Positions 1-15,854 of a stretch of 64,000 nt of DNA are shown piece by piece; position 1 is the stretch's first letter, and the number at the start of each line of letters is the position of its first letter. The position numbers were made by a program, and so were the translations under genes. The stretch is taken from contig CAJFCJ010000011.1 in assembly GCA_904063045.1 (NCBI GenBank), forward strand, positions 558,001 to 622,000, given 5' to 3'. The notes below the pieces were generated by a model. It was not told the origin of the DNA, made no database searches, and was given only the letters and a program-made list of their open reading frames with translations. The DNA is from Dimorphilus gyrociliatus. Taxonomy: Eukaryota > Animalia > Annelida.

Positions 1-2
1 AA

Positions 3-3000
3 ATTCTTCCTACTGCTCAACGATTGTTAGACGAATTACTCTCCTGTCAAAATACAGCTATTAATACTGTTAGAGGGGCCCCGGATCCAACAGCTGGACC
101 TTCTGCAGCGGAACATACGACCTGGTGCCTGGATGAGAACACCTTGTATGATAATATTAGAAAGACTTTAGGAAAATTTTGTGTAGCCTCTCCAGTGGTA
201 TTTAGTGATGTTAACTACTTGTCCAGTTCCGCTCCCCCAGCAGCAACAGAATGGCAAAGTTTACTTCGTCCACTTCGAGGACGAGAACCGGAAGGCATGT
301 GGAACTTGCTGTCCATTATTAGGGAAATGTACAAAAGGAATGATAATAATGCTGTTCCTTTGTTGGAGATTGTTACAGAAGCGGTTCTTAAAACCGACCA
401 ACTTCTCATATGGTGGTTTACTACCAAAGTTTCGTCCAGCTATTGTGCTCAAGGGGTAACCAACACTAGCAATGGCCGAAATGGAGGCTCTAGCCCTAAT
501 AGCCCATATGCAGGATCGTCATTATGTGATGAAGTTGTGCAGTTATGGCGAATAGCTGCTCTTAAGCCAGGACTGGATGCGAACCACCGTCGTGAATTAG
601 CAACCCAACTTCGCTCGTGGCATATGTCTTGCATAGAAATAGTTAAAAAGGGAAAGACATCACCTTCTGGCAGCATTAGAAAAGCTGATATAGAATTATT
701 TCCAGGTTTCAAACCAGCTATAGAAGCAACTCAGCTAGATTGGAAAAACTTTGTGTTACCAGGATCAAATCAGGTTGCTTCTTGCACCAGACCATGGCGG
801 CTAAGGAAGAGAGAATCCCACAGTCCTATGCAGAAGGTGAGACATAAATCTTTGGCTGATTCCGCTAGCTCTAGCTCCGAAGGATTTTGCGACAATGCCT
901 TGCCCAATTTGGATTCTGATGATGATGATTTAGACAGGATTTACGTTTATGATCCTCACTTGCTGCGTCATAAAATGGCTGCTGCAGAAAATGAAAGTCG
1001 CAAAGATGACACGAATTATTTTGCTGGAATTAGGAAAATTGATAGTGAACAAGATATTCTCTATGCCAGAGCTGAGGCTCTGTATGCTCATGGCTTCTCT
1101 TCGGAGGCTTGTACCGTTGCAAGGCAATTGGCCGAGAGTATGTTAGCTGATACACCGAATACCCAGGATATTCAAGAAGAAGCAAAGAAAAAACGATTAG
1201 TCAACCAGGCTGCAACGTTTAACATGTGCTCATTTTCGACAACAACTCTAGCAAAAGCATGGTTCTTATGCAGTGTTCTGGCAGAGGATGTACATAGCTA
1301 TCATCTATGTTTTGATTTAGGTCTATTTGCCTTGGAGATGCCCCGTTCTCCGGGATGTAACAAGGCTTTGGAAGTAAAGTTGGCTCACCAGGAAGCCGAA
1401 TTAGCTAGTTTGTTAAAAAAGATTCCCTTACAAGCATCTGAACATCAGAAGATTCGACAAAGAGCTGAACAGCTAAGGTCAGGAAAACTAAAGTCAAGAG
1501 GGGAGTCAATGCTCCCATTATCATTAGCTGCTTTTGTCTTTGATTCTCTTTGCCTTTCAAAAACGGCATCTGCTTGCTCTCGATCTAAAGAGGACGAAGA
1601 ATTAGGGTTTGATGCGGCAGTTGCTGCTCTTGGATTAAAAGCTAACGTCAGCGAAGCGGAACACCCACTCCTTTGTGAAGGTACAAGAAGACAGAGAGGA
1701 GATTTAGCAGTAACCATGCTATTACACTACAAGGATGATCAATCAAAGTTAGACCGAATTTTGGAAAGGCTGCTAGACAGAGAAGTACATCCGGCCTTTA
1801 AAGTACCTTCTTTTTCTGCTTACACATCTATGGGAACGAAAACTTTCAATCCTTCAGCATTTTCTGTTTCTGTGCAACAACAGCAACAATATAAATCCTT
1901 GGCTGCTACTAGAGAAGAAAAAGTTGAAGATTATTTAGAAAGAAGACTAAGTGAGCTTTCTACAACTGAGGATGAAGAGCAAGACAGTAAGGAGAGATGG
2001 GTGGCATTACGATGTACATCTTTTAAAACGGGAACAAGAGCCCGTTCGGTTGGTATGGCTGCTATCGACAGCAGTGCACCGGAGACAACATCAAGCGATA
2101 ACAGTCCTACTATCGTAAGGCGGCAACCATGGCCAAAGAGTGGAGGACCTCCTTCTGATAGTGGATCTAGTGGAAGCGATGGGTCTTCTAAGCCAATAAC
2201 CGGAAGAGAGAGTCCCACTCAGCAAAGAGTTTTGGGAAATAGACATAATATACCTATAGCTATCTCTCCTGGATCTAAGTTGGGAGTGACCTCCCGCTTC
2301 GGCAAGTTGAAGAGAATTACACCGACTATTCCTAATCAACCGTCGGAAGCAGGAGCTCATTTTATGTTTGAATTGGCAAAGAATGTATTGAACAAGGCGG
2401 GCGGAAGTAGTTCTACTTCTTTGTTTACTCCTCAGCCAGCATCTCAAAATGCACACGCAGCTTCCGGCCCTCATAGAAATTTGCACATCTGCTCTTTTTT
2501 AATTGGCCTGTATGCCCTAGGGATTCATAATTGTGTAACCCCAAATTGGTTATCACGAACTTATTCGTCCCACGTATCGTGGATTACAGGACAGGCAATT
2601 GAAATAGGAGCCGTGGCTATAAATATTCTGATAGGAACCTGGGAAAAGCATCTTACACCTCCTGAAGTAGCAACTCTGGCTGATAGAGCAAGTAGAGGAA
2701 GGGATCCAGCTACTGTTAGAGTGGCTGCCGAGCTCGCTCTCTCTTGTTTGCCACACGCACATGCCTTAAATCCAAGTGAAATACAAAGGGCCCTGGTCCA
2801 ATGTAAAGAGCAATCTGTTAGTATGATCGAAGCGGCTTGTCAAGCAGTTGAAAGCGCAGCTAAGGAAGGAGGAGTCTACCCGGAAGTGTTATTTGATGTT
2901 GCTAAACGATGGTACGAACTCTATGAGGACACTACCTGTCAGGGCACCCCTCCTCTGGTTTCGGCACCACCCCCAGCTCAGCCACCACCACCTCCTCCGC

Positions 3001-3938
3001 AACCTGCTCCTGCTCATCAGGCACCTGCGGAATTGGAAGACCCTAATTTGGTTCCTATACACTTACCCTTTTCTACTAACGTTGTAGTTGGTCAAGTAGC
3101 GCCTCCTCCACTTGCGTATGCGAATCCAAACAATCAACAAACAGCTTATGTCTCTTATGGTTATGGGCCACCAGCTCCTCAAGGTCCTACAGCTTACGTC
3201 CCAGCTGCCTATCATCACCATCAATACACGGCTCCCACGTTTTATCTTCCTCCGCCCGCTTTCATACCTTCTCAAAGACCTGCCGTAATTCTTCCACCGA
3301 TCGAACACATTCAACAAGCCATTACTCCAGAATCGGCAGCCCCGCCGGCTCTTCCAGCAATATCACCAACCAACTCACCATCGGGAATTGGATACTATAT
3401 GTCGGCATATCGTGTGGGAATGTTAGCTTTGGAAACTCTATCGCGTCGCGTGCATGACGATCGCCCTCAGGTAAAATACGCAAGAAATCCAAGCTATGGC
3501 GAAGATGTTAAGTGGTTACTACAAATTTCTCTAAGAATGGGGACGTCCTATGTCCAACAATACTGTGGATCCGTTGTTAACGCCGTGCTCTCACCATTTG
3601 TTTTATACGACGTCGCAACAGAAGCAGCTCGTTATTTAGCCAGAGGTAGTCCAGCTCATTTTCAGCAACAGTTACGTTCACCCATGCTGAATGCCGTTCT
3701 AAATAAATGTCAACAAATGTTTATTCAGTCTACTCATCATAAGTTGCATTACCTTCAACCAGCAGATCACGAGGAGTTGATTGGCATTGTCTGCGCTGCT
3801 CAGCACGCTTTTTTGCTCAGTCCCGGCGGTTTAGTCCAATTCCAGGAGATGTTACAGTCTATGCGTAGGGTGAAATCATGTAAGAAGGAGCTTTGGCAAA
3901 GAATTGTGACATCTTTGAACGGTTCTTCAGCTATATAG
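3..3938 (+). CDS. ZSWIM8: ZSWIM8 (Cullin-RING substrate adaptor), 5'-truncated at the window edge; visible part is one uninterrupted exon
   Basis: Frame is open from base 3 (ILPTAQRLLDELLS) to TAG at 3938. Recognised ZSWIM8 segments: GAPDPTAGPS, LLRPLRGREPEGMWNLLSI, KLAHQE, LFDVAKRWYELY, AYRVGMLALETL, YARNPSYGEDVKWLL. The ORF-track start at 24 is a TTG, not the real start. Confidence 0.95.
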   Translation: MLPTAQRLLDELLSCQNTAINTVRGAPDPTAGPSAAEHTTWCLDENTLYDNIRKTLGKFCVASPVVFSDVNYLSSSAPPAATEWQSLLRPLRGREPEGMWNLLSIIREMYKRNDNNAVPLLEIVTEAVLKTDQLLIWWFTTKVSSSYCAQGVTNTSNGRNGGSSPNSPYAGSSLCDEVVQLWRIAALKPGLDANHRRELATQLRSWHMSCIEIVKKGKTSPSGSIRKADIELFPGFKPAIEATQLDWKNFVLPGSNQVASCTRPWRLRKRESHSPMQKVRHKSLADSASSSSEGFCDNALPNLDSDDDDLDRIYVYDPHLLRHKMAAAENESRKDDTNYFAGIRKIDSEQDILYARAEALYAHGFSSEACTVARQLAESMLADTPNTQDIQEEAKKKRLVNQAATFNMCSFSTTTLAKAWFLCSVLAEDVHSYHLCFDLGLFALEMPRSPGCNKALEVKLAHQEAELASLLKKIPLQASEHQKIRQRAEQLRSGKLKSRGESMLPLSLAAFVFDSLCLSKTASACSRSKEDEELGFDAAVAALGLKANVSEAEHPLLCEGTRRQRGDLAVTMLLHYKDDQSKLDRILERLLDREVHPAFKVPSFSAYTSMGTKTFNPSAFSVSVQQQQQYKSLAATREEKVEDYLERRLSELSTTEDEEQDSKERWVALRCTSFKTGTRARSVGMAAIDSSAPETTSSDNSPTIVRRQPWPKSGGPPSDSGSSGSDGSSKPITGRESPTQQRVLGNRHNIPIAISPGSKLGVTSRFGKLKRITPTIPNQPSEAGAHFMFELAKNVLNKAGGSSSTSLFTPQPASQNAHAASGPHRNLHICSFLIGLYALGIHNCVTPNWLSRTYSSHVSWITGQAIEIGAVAINILIGTWEKHLTPPEVATLADRASRGRDPATVRVAAELALSCLPHAHALNPSEIQRALVQCKEQSVSMIEAACQAVESAAKEGGVYPEVLFDVAKRWYELYEDTTCQGTPPLVSAPPPAQPPPPPPQPAPAHQAPAELEDPNLVPIHLPFSTNVVVGQVAPPPLAYANPNNQQTAYVSYGYGPPAPQGPTAYVPAAYHHHQYTAPTFYLPPPAFIPSQRPAVILPPIEHIQQAITPESAAPPALPAISPTNSPSGIGYYMSAYRVGMLALETLSRRVHDDRPQVKYARNPSYGEDVKWLLQISLRMGTSYVQQYCGSVVNAVLSPFVLYDVATEAARYLARGSPAHFQQQLRSPMLNAVLNKCQQMFIQSTHHKLHYLQPADHEELIGIVCAAQHAFLLSPGGLVQFQEMLQSMRRVKSCKKELWQRIVTSLNGSSAI

Positions 3939-4262
3939 AATACCGATCTCGCGTTTTGTTTTGTTTTGTTTCCGTTTTTTTTAATGATCTCTTCTGTCTA
4001 GGACTGTTTAGTGCGGTTATTTTTTCGTTGTCTCTATTATGCCGAAGTGTTGTAGCAGTAAGGCAAGCAAAAATTCGGTAAAAAAAATACCGCGACAGTG
4101 TTTTCGTGCGTAGTCGAAATAGTTGAACATTTTAAAAAATAATGTTTTCAAAAATCATTGTTTATAGGATGTATCTATTAATGATATCATTTATAGATAT
4201 ATAAGTATTTGTAAATGTAAAATTATATTTGAAAAATATAAAAAAATAAAAATAGACAACAT

Positions 4263-4446
4263 GTACTTGCATACAGTGTGTACATATATATGTATGTATG
4301 TATGCACTATATGTATTATGTATGTATATACATATATACAAATTTATATATGTGTATATATGTATATACATATTTCGTGTATATGTATATATTTACATAG
4401 ATATAGTATAGATGCGCTGTAAAAAGTTACGGTGCATACTTTATTT

Positions 4447-4482
<36 letters not shown>

Positions 4483-4538
4483 TATAGTTATAGGCATATA
4501 TAGTATGTGGATGCATTCATTTGCTCCATATAAATATA

Positions 4539-4571
<33 letters not shown>
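4263..4571. repeat. (TA)n / TATG alternating purine-pyrimidine microsatellite tract downstream of ZSWIM8
   Basis: Near-pure (TA)n runs at about 4447-4487 and 4543-4571, flanked by degenerate TATG/TACA repeats. Confidence 0.9.
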
Positions 4572-4574
<3 letters not shown>

Positions 4575-5674
4575 CAGTATACACAACCTAGTATGAAGTG
4601 AATGTTTTATTTCAATATAACATTTATTTTTATTGCAATACAATTTCTCTGTGTTTACATTGATATAATTGAATGATTGAGAAAGAAAGACAAAAGAAAA
4701 AAATTACTTTTATTGGAAATTATAATAATTTCATCATAGTTTTTCTTTTCCCTTCATATTTTTAACTATTGAGAAAAATCTACGGGTGGCCATTATCTCC
4801 TAACCAAATATAGATTATACACAAATTCTGCTTGTCACTTCCCAAATTTGTTTTATACTGACTTTGTTTTCCTTTTTGAAAGATTTTCTAGCTTTCAAGT
4901 TATATACGTTTTTATTAACATATTTTAAGCATATTTCTAAGTTGTAAGCATAATATTTTAAGGAACAAACTAATGTATACCATCTTTTTGTCTTTGTGTT
5001 GATTTTTGGCTTCAGAGTCTTTTGAGTAAGTAAAGCATGTAAAAAGTATCCTATGAGAGTCAAACGAAAAGGAGTGGGACAATTGCATGAAAAGGAAAAT
5101 GAATGAGGAAAAGCTACTTTAATTACAATTCTTTTGTAAATCCTTTGCTAACTTGTCACGAAAGCTAATTCTTTCCTTTCTCCCTTTTTTTGTTAGGCTT
5201 TACACTTAATCGCTTTCGATTTAATTGCTTAGAGTTTTTTGTTTACATAAACGTTTTTTTGAGAAAGATTTACTAAATCTAAAGAAGATTATCGTTAAAC
5301 GAAAGTCACTTGATGTCAAGAGAAAATGTTTCTGCTCCTACTCCTTCAGAAAATTATTTGAAAGGAATTATTTGTTGAGATATTTTGGAGTTTCACAGGC
5401 AGAAGCTTATCGATTTTTTTTAATACAATACTGAAGTATTCAGTTTTCTTTGTAAGGAAACGACAAAAGTGAGTGTAGAACAGCTTCCCATGGCTATGAA
5501 AAAAAATATCCCCTCTATTAAGCAAGGACTAAAGGATGAAGCTCGAGATAAAATTCGAGTAGGGGGTTGAGGGAATTCGAACGCTAGCAAAAGACCTGGC
5601 AAAGATTTTGATTACGAATGTCATTGGCAAAAATATATAATCGAGAAGGGAATGGTACTATGACAGAAAGACCT

Positions 5675-6042
5675 TCAAATTGCATTATAGTATACCCTAC
5701 TATACCTTTCATCGGAAAATGGCATACAAAGGGCGAATAATATTACTGTCAAAGGTTTTTTTTTCAAATTATTAGCTGCCAAAACTTGATTTATTATCAC
5801 CTTCAGTAACTTAGGTAGAGAGACAACAGAACTGTAATTAATTTGCAAATGAATTACAGACTTTTTAAAGCGTCTTTTTGGGTCAATAAAAATCGGATTT
5901 TTTCTTTTGAAAACATGAATATGACCCTAAAAGAGAAAATAGACGAAGATTTTAAGATGTTAAATATTTTTGCATTTGTGTAATCGATTTTATTGCTTTC
6001 AAAATACTTATTATTTACTTTTACTAAAGCAGAAAATTTCAT
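5675..6042 (-). CDS. Possible small spliced orphan gene, head-to-head with the 6250 gene
   Basis: ATG at 6042 (MKFSAL[VK]) is followed by phase-0 GT donors. A polypyrimidine-AG acceptor at 5927 opens an 83-codon stop-free frame (GHIHVFKRKNPIFIDPKRRFKKS...) to TGA at 5675. No homology recognised. Confidence 0.3.
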
Positions 6043-6249
6043 TATATGACGCTTTTCTCCTTTAATTTCTTTAGAATTGCCCTAAGTCATATAGTTAATG
6101 ACTTTTCTGATAGATGGCGCTCTCTATAGGGAACAACACCTAAGATTTTAATTAATCTAATAGGCCTTTGCTTTTTACAGCGTTTCGCTTTTTAAAAAAT
6201 CGATATTCATCAAAAACTTATTCATTCGTAACAAAGAAATTATAAAATA

Positions 6250-6774
6250 ATGTCGGGCAATAAGTACGATTTGAATGCTCCTTTTAGGACTGATTCGGAA
6301 GATCAACGCTTCAAGAACTTACCTAAAAATATAGAAAGCAGAAATAGATTCAATTCATTGCCAAGACAAACTTACACGCAGGGAGCTAATCTAACGCAGA
6401 ATAGTGTTAACAATACTTTGTCTTCGGAAGAGACAAGTTCTAACCAATTGGGAATAAACAAATGTGAAGAGAAAGTAAGCCGAGAGTCCTGCTGTGCAGT
6501 GCTCGTAGTAAATAGTTTTCTCTGGGCGTTTATGTTTGTCTTCTCAGCAATTCTAATGATTCGGTCTGAAAAAGATAGCGATGAGTATGGAATACTGAAA
6601 CAATTGTTCATATGGCTCTGCATTCTGGAGATATTTCTTTTAGGTGGTGTGCTATTTTTATGGGCGTCTCGCACATCTGCAGGGAAACGGGATATTTTTT
6701 ATCATCAACGACTAGAAAATTGGATACAAAATCTTTTAAATAAAAGAGAATATAATATTTCAAATTTCAATTGA
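6250..6774 (+). CDS. Intronless orphan membrane protein, 174 aa, two predicted TM helices
   Basis: ATG-to-TGA ORF with a polar N-terminus and two hydrophobic stretches (CCAVLVVNSFLWAFMFVFSAILMI; LFIWLCILEIFLLGGVLFLWA). An upstream YY1-like AGATGGCG lies at 6112-6119. Confidence 0.7.
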   Translation: MSGNKYDLNAPFRTDSEDQRFKNLPKNIESRNRFNSLPRQTYTQGANLTQNSVNNTLSSEETSSNQLGINKCEEKVSRESCCAVLVVNSFLWAFMFVFSAILMIRSEKDSDEYGILKQLFIWLCILEIFLLGGVLFLWASRTSAGKRDIFYHQRLENWIQNLLNKREYNISNFN

Positions 6775-7676
6775 TAATATTTTCAAAGATAATCGTTTAT
6801 TTAAAAACTATACGTGCAATTTAAAAAAAAATGCTTTTTACAATAATACACTATTAACTCGGCTATTGTTATATACTTTTTAGCACATTTTATACGATTG
6901 TTTGCTGCTAGCAATTGAAATTTTATCCAAGCAGATAAAATGTACTTTATGCAACAATTTAATTACATATTCAAAATGTCATCTATTAAATTGAAGAATG
7001 TTTACAATGAATTTTTTAAATAAATAAGCTATATTTATAATAATTAGTCAAGTTTTATTGTTTTGGGGAAGTGTATTCATAAAAATTAAACAGTAGAAAA
7101 TATTCGTCAATAAACTACGCCTAATATTTCTTAAAATATAATTAATTAGTAAATTGAGATGAACAGGCTCTTCACAACATTCTTTAATATTCAATATAAA
7201 AACTTTTACATTACAGCACCCAAGTAAAAGCATTCTAACGGGGAAAGATTTTGTCACAAGTAATAAATAATATTTTTTTTCTTTTCCTTTCATTCTTCCT
7301 CTCTCGCTGTTTTCCAATACACAATTTGCTTGCTAAATAAATAAATACGCTCATAGTTCGTAAATGTATCTAAACCGCGTAAAATACCGCCTAAATTCGA
7401 TTAATGAACGATAGGGTAAGTCGCTACATAAGTCGATAATACGAAAATCAGAAGTTGTTTCTCTTTTTTGTAATTACAATATGGCGCATGAATACAAAAA
7501 CGAAAAATTAATTGAAAAGAAATAAAGTACAAAATGAAGAAATAGCCAATTTAGCGAAAGAGAAATCATGGAGCCACTTTTGTTTTAGTTTTAGATTAAA
7601 TTCGTTACTGATATTGTAATTGAATATCAAAAGCCTAGTACAAATTAGTATCAAAGACATTTGCCTTAACAAATGT

Positions 7677-12777
<5,101 letters not shown>

Positions 12778-14680
12778 TTTAAACTAAGACTTGTCTGAAA
12801 AATTTTAAGTTATAGGTAATATTCCCAGTACAGTAGTCAAATCTTCTGATAGACAGAAAGAACGGAGGTGTATTTACCTGTTTCTTTTTTAAAAGATCCA
12901 CAAATACATTACTAAGCTAATACAATTTGCATATTTTCTTACTCATCAAACTTCCGCGGCTGCATAACAAATACAATAGGCGTAGGTGGCGCTGTGTATA
13001 GTGATGAAACAGGTTCGTATATAATTAAAAAAATTCTCAAAATCTACTGCTGTGATAAGAATTAATCTGTAAGTGCTTGGAATGATTTTTAAGGTATCAA
13101 AAAATGTCATTTCCGGTGAAGATTTGCCGCTTTATTACAAATTTCACCGGTATTCTCTTTCATGTTATACTCGCTAATACGTAGCAGCGTCTAATTTATT
13201 ATTGACTATTAAAAGCTTTATTTTACTATAGGACCAAAAATTTAAAGATTAACTTTACTATTCAATGGGTTTTGATTATGTACAATTTTACAAATAGGCC
13301 TACTGATACACCAAAGAGTTGGGGCGTTGAGTTTTTTCCGCGATTAATGCCTAAAAAATATCATTATCAAGTTATTTACTCGTCTATTAGTTAGTGCCAA
13401 GATATAACGATTTTTTTATAAGATTTTTTAACAATTCGAATTGAAAAAATTCTCCGAGTTGTGTAATTATAGTAAAGACGTTGTTAACACCACTTAATAA
13501 CATAAAAAACGAAAATCTTATTAAATATACTATTTTTGTTTATCTACAATAAAAAAAACTACGTATAATAGTCTGTGTATATAAATCTTAAATAGGAAAA
13601 AGACTTGTCTTATCGTTTGACTTTTAGATATCCTATTTTATTCCGGATAGTGAAAAGCTATGAGAAAATAAGTTATATTTGAAAATAATGAATAGTTATT
13701 TAAAAGCCTATATAAACTAGGCTAAATTTTGAACAAAAGAGTTCTGAAAGAAGAGTAAAATATGATGTATTACGCACATGCTAATAACTAAATATCTTAA
13801 TTATGATGATTATATCCCATTATCTAATGGGACAGATAAATTACTACTCTATGCTATTTTTAGTTTTCTTTTTGTTTGTTTATTTGTTTTTTGCTCCAAA
13901 GTTTTAAAATGGTTAAAAAATAGAGTAACTGGACAATTTTTGTTATGTAATAAGCAATCCTAACAGGTGGTAGTTCAATCCTATCCGTATGAATAGGGTG
14001 CTAATACAAGCAATTTACCCTTTCAACTTGCACCAATACTCACTCATAAGCGAAGAGCTGAAGTGGAATAAATTACTCCATTCTTTTGAAACCTCTCTTA
14101 AAAGTAGGATAATTGAAAAGTGATTCATGACGTCTATTACATACTTTCTGGGGTCGTAAAAAACAAACTTTTAAAACTCGTTCAATCCAATTTTCAGTTC
14201 TACTTTTTGTAAATATTGAGCTGCTATTTTTAGTTTTACATTGAAATTTCCGTTTATACAATAGCAAACGTCGTCTTAGAATAGTTTATGGTCGTCTCGT
14301 GTGCAATTCAATCCATGAGATTTGAAATAAGATTTTTCCGTTGACACAATCGCTTATTTATTATTGTAAAGCTAATGGAAAAGTATACTTTTAAGATCTG
14401 ATTTTTTAATGTATGTCCCTTAACTCTTAGGTTACACTCGAAATAGCTTCAGGGTAAGTCTTTAGAAACAGATGTTTTTTCTCAGCTACTCAATATATCT
14501 ATATATGCATTGTTTTATCTTTGAGAATCGTTATTTATCAATTTTCTCTCATCTTGAAAGAACAATTGAAAAACAAAAACCAAGTTGATAATTAGCAAGA
14601 GCAACATAGAAAAACAATAAATTCAAAAATAAAGAATTAACTTAAAAACTATATTTACAACTTATATAATATCGATTTAT

Positions 14681-15286
14681 TTATTCGTTTGTCCACTTCT
14701 TATTTCTACCCACATTCTCTGTCAAGATCGAGCATTCATTCAGATGATCTTTTGTAAAAGTTACATAGCTGTAATAACAATCAAATCCAACAGAGACAAT
14801 ATTTTCATACAAAACCCGAAATCTTAAGGGAATATAGTAAAAGTTTATGAATTGAGCAGGTATTCCTACAGTGCATTCTGCTTTATATAGTTTTAAACCT
14901 TTTTTTCTAAGATTTTCCATTATTTTGTTTGTATTAGTACCTCTCCAATACTCAATTAGTATAATATAGCCAGATATATATATTGGACAGCAAAGAGTGG
15001 TATCGATTAAGAGCTTCAAACAAGCTGCCTTCAAATTACTTCCTTTTATGAAATAATCTAATATTTTATAATAATTATGAAAAAATGGTCCAATTATTAG
15101 TCCTGAAGCTGCAATCCCTCCGGTTCTCATCCAATTCCAATGATCTTGACGTTTCTTTATCAACTCATAAGTTTGTTGCATTCCATCACCAGTAGTGCTA
15201 ATAGCAATAGTTACTGCTGTATTTGATAGTAATAAGTGTTTATTAAAGCAATAATTTATGATATTTTGCACTTTTCTAAAAAGCAT
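14681..15286 (-). CDS. MPV17L2: Mpv17/PMP22-family protein, MPV17L2-like, intronless
   Basis: LLLSNTAVTIAISTTGDGMQQ, RT..A.SGLIIGPFFHNYYK.LD, KLLID, AQFINFYYIPLRFRVLY.N.VS..FDCY.SY match the Mpv17/PMP22 pattern. Confidence 0.85.
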   Translation of the reverse strand: MLFRKVQNIINYCFNKHLLLSNTAVTIAISTTGDGMQQTYELIKKRQDHWNWMRTGGIAASGLIIGPFFHNYYKILDYFIKGSNLKAACLKLLIDTTLCCPIYISGYIILIEYWRGTNTNKIMENLRKKGLKLYKAECTVGIPAQFINFYYIPLRFRVLYENIVSVGFDCYYSYVTFTKDHLNECSILTENVGRNKKWTNE

Positions 15287-15854
15287 CCCAAGTTCGTAGT
15301 TTCACGTTTGAGCGAAAAATAGCACCGAACGAAAAAAGGAATATATAGATAAAAATTATGGTATAAACTTTTAATAAACGAAATATTATTCAAATAACTC
15401 AGTTCCAAATAACGTTGATAGGGGCCAATATATATCATAGACAAAAATTATACATATGTACTCCGAAAATGTATAAAAAATATAGAGAAACAAGCTTCTT
15501 CTTAACACGAAAAAACTCAGCCTTGACAATACACATGGTCAGAAGAGGGATTAATCACGGATTATAACTAAAGGATGTTATGTAGAGCTTGGTACCAAAT
15601 TTGAGTGGAACAAAAAAAGATATTCTAAATAAGAAATACAAGAAATAAAAACATAATTAACTTTCTAATTTAAACTAAATAAATCTCTTTATGTACCATA
15701 GGTTAAAAATTATTATTTGATTTACATTAGTGGTTTGCCTGACATTAAATTTCATTTTAAATGCACAAGACGAAGATTTAAGTAAATATTCAGTAATTAT
15801 TATGATTGCTTTTATCACAACAAAAAAAAACAACAAGATTTAACAGTCAACAAT

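Noticed and set aside
4263-4571. TA-rich tract and its 69-aa ORF (4162-4371) as a functional element
   Set aside because: Ordinary microsatellite; the ORF is a translation artefact of the dinucleotide repeat.
13200-14650. Short ORFs (13778-13963, 14073-14267) between MAP4K4 and MPV17L2
   Set aside because: AT-rich, motif-free and not linkable by splice sites; probably UTR or intergenic.
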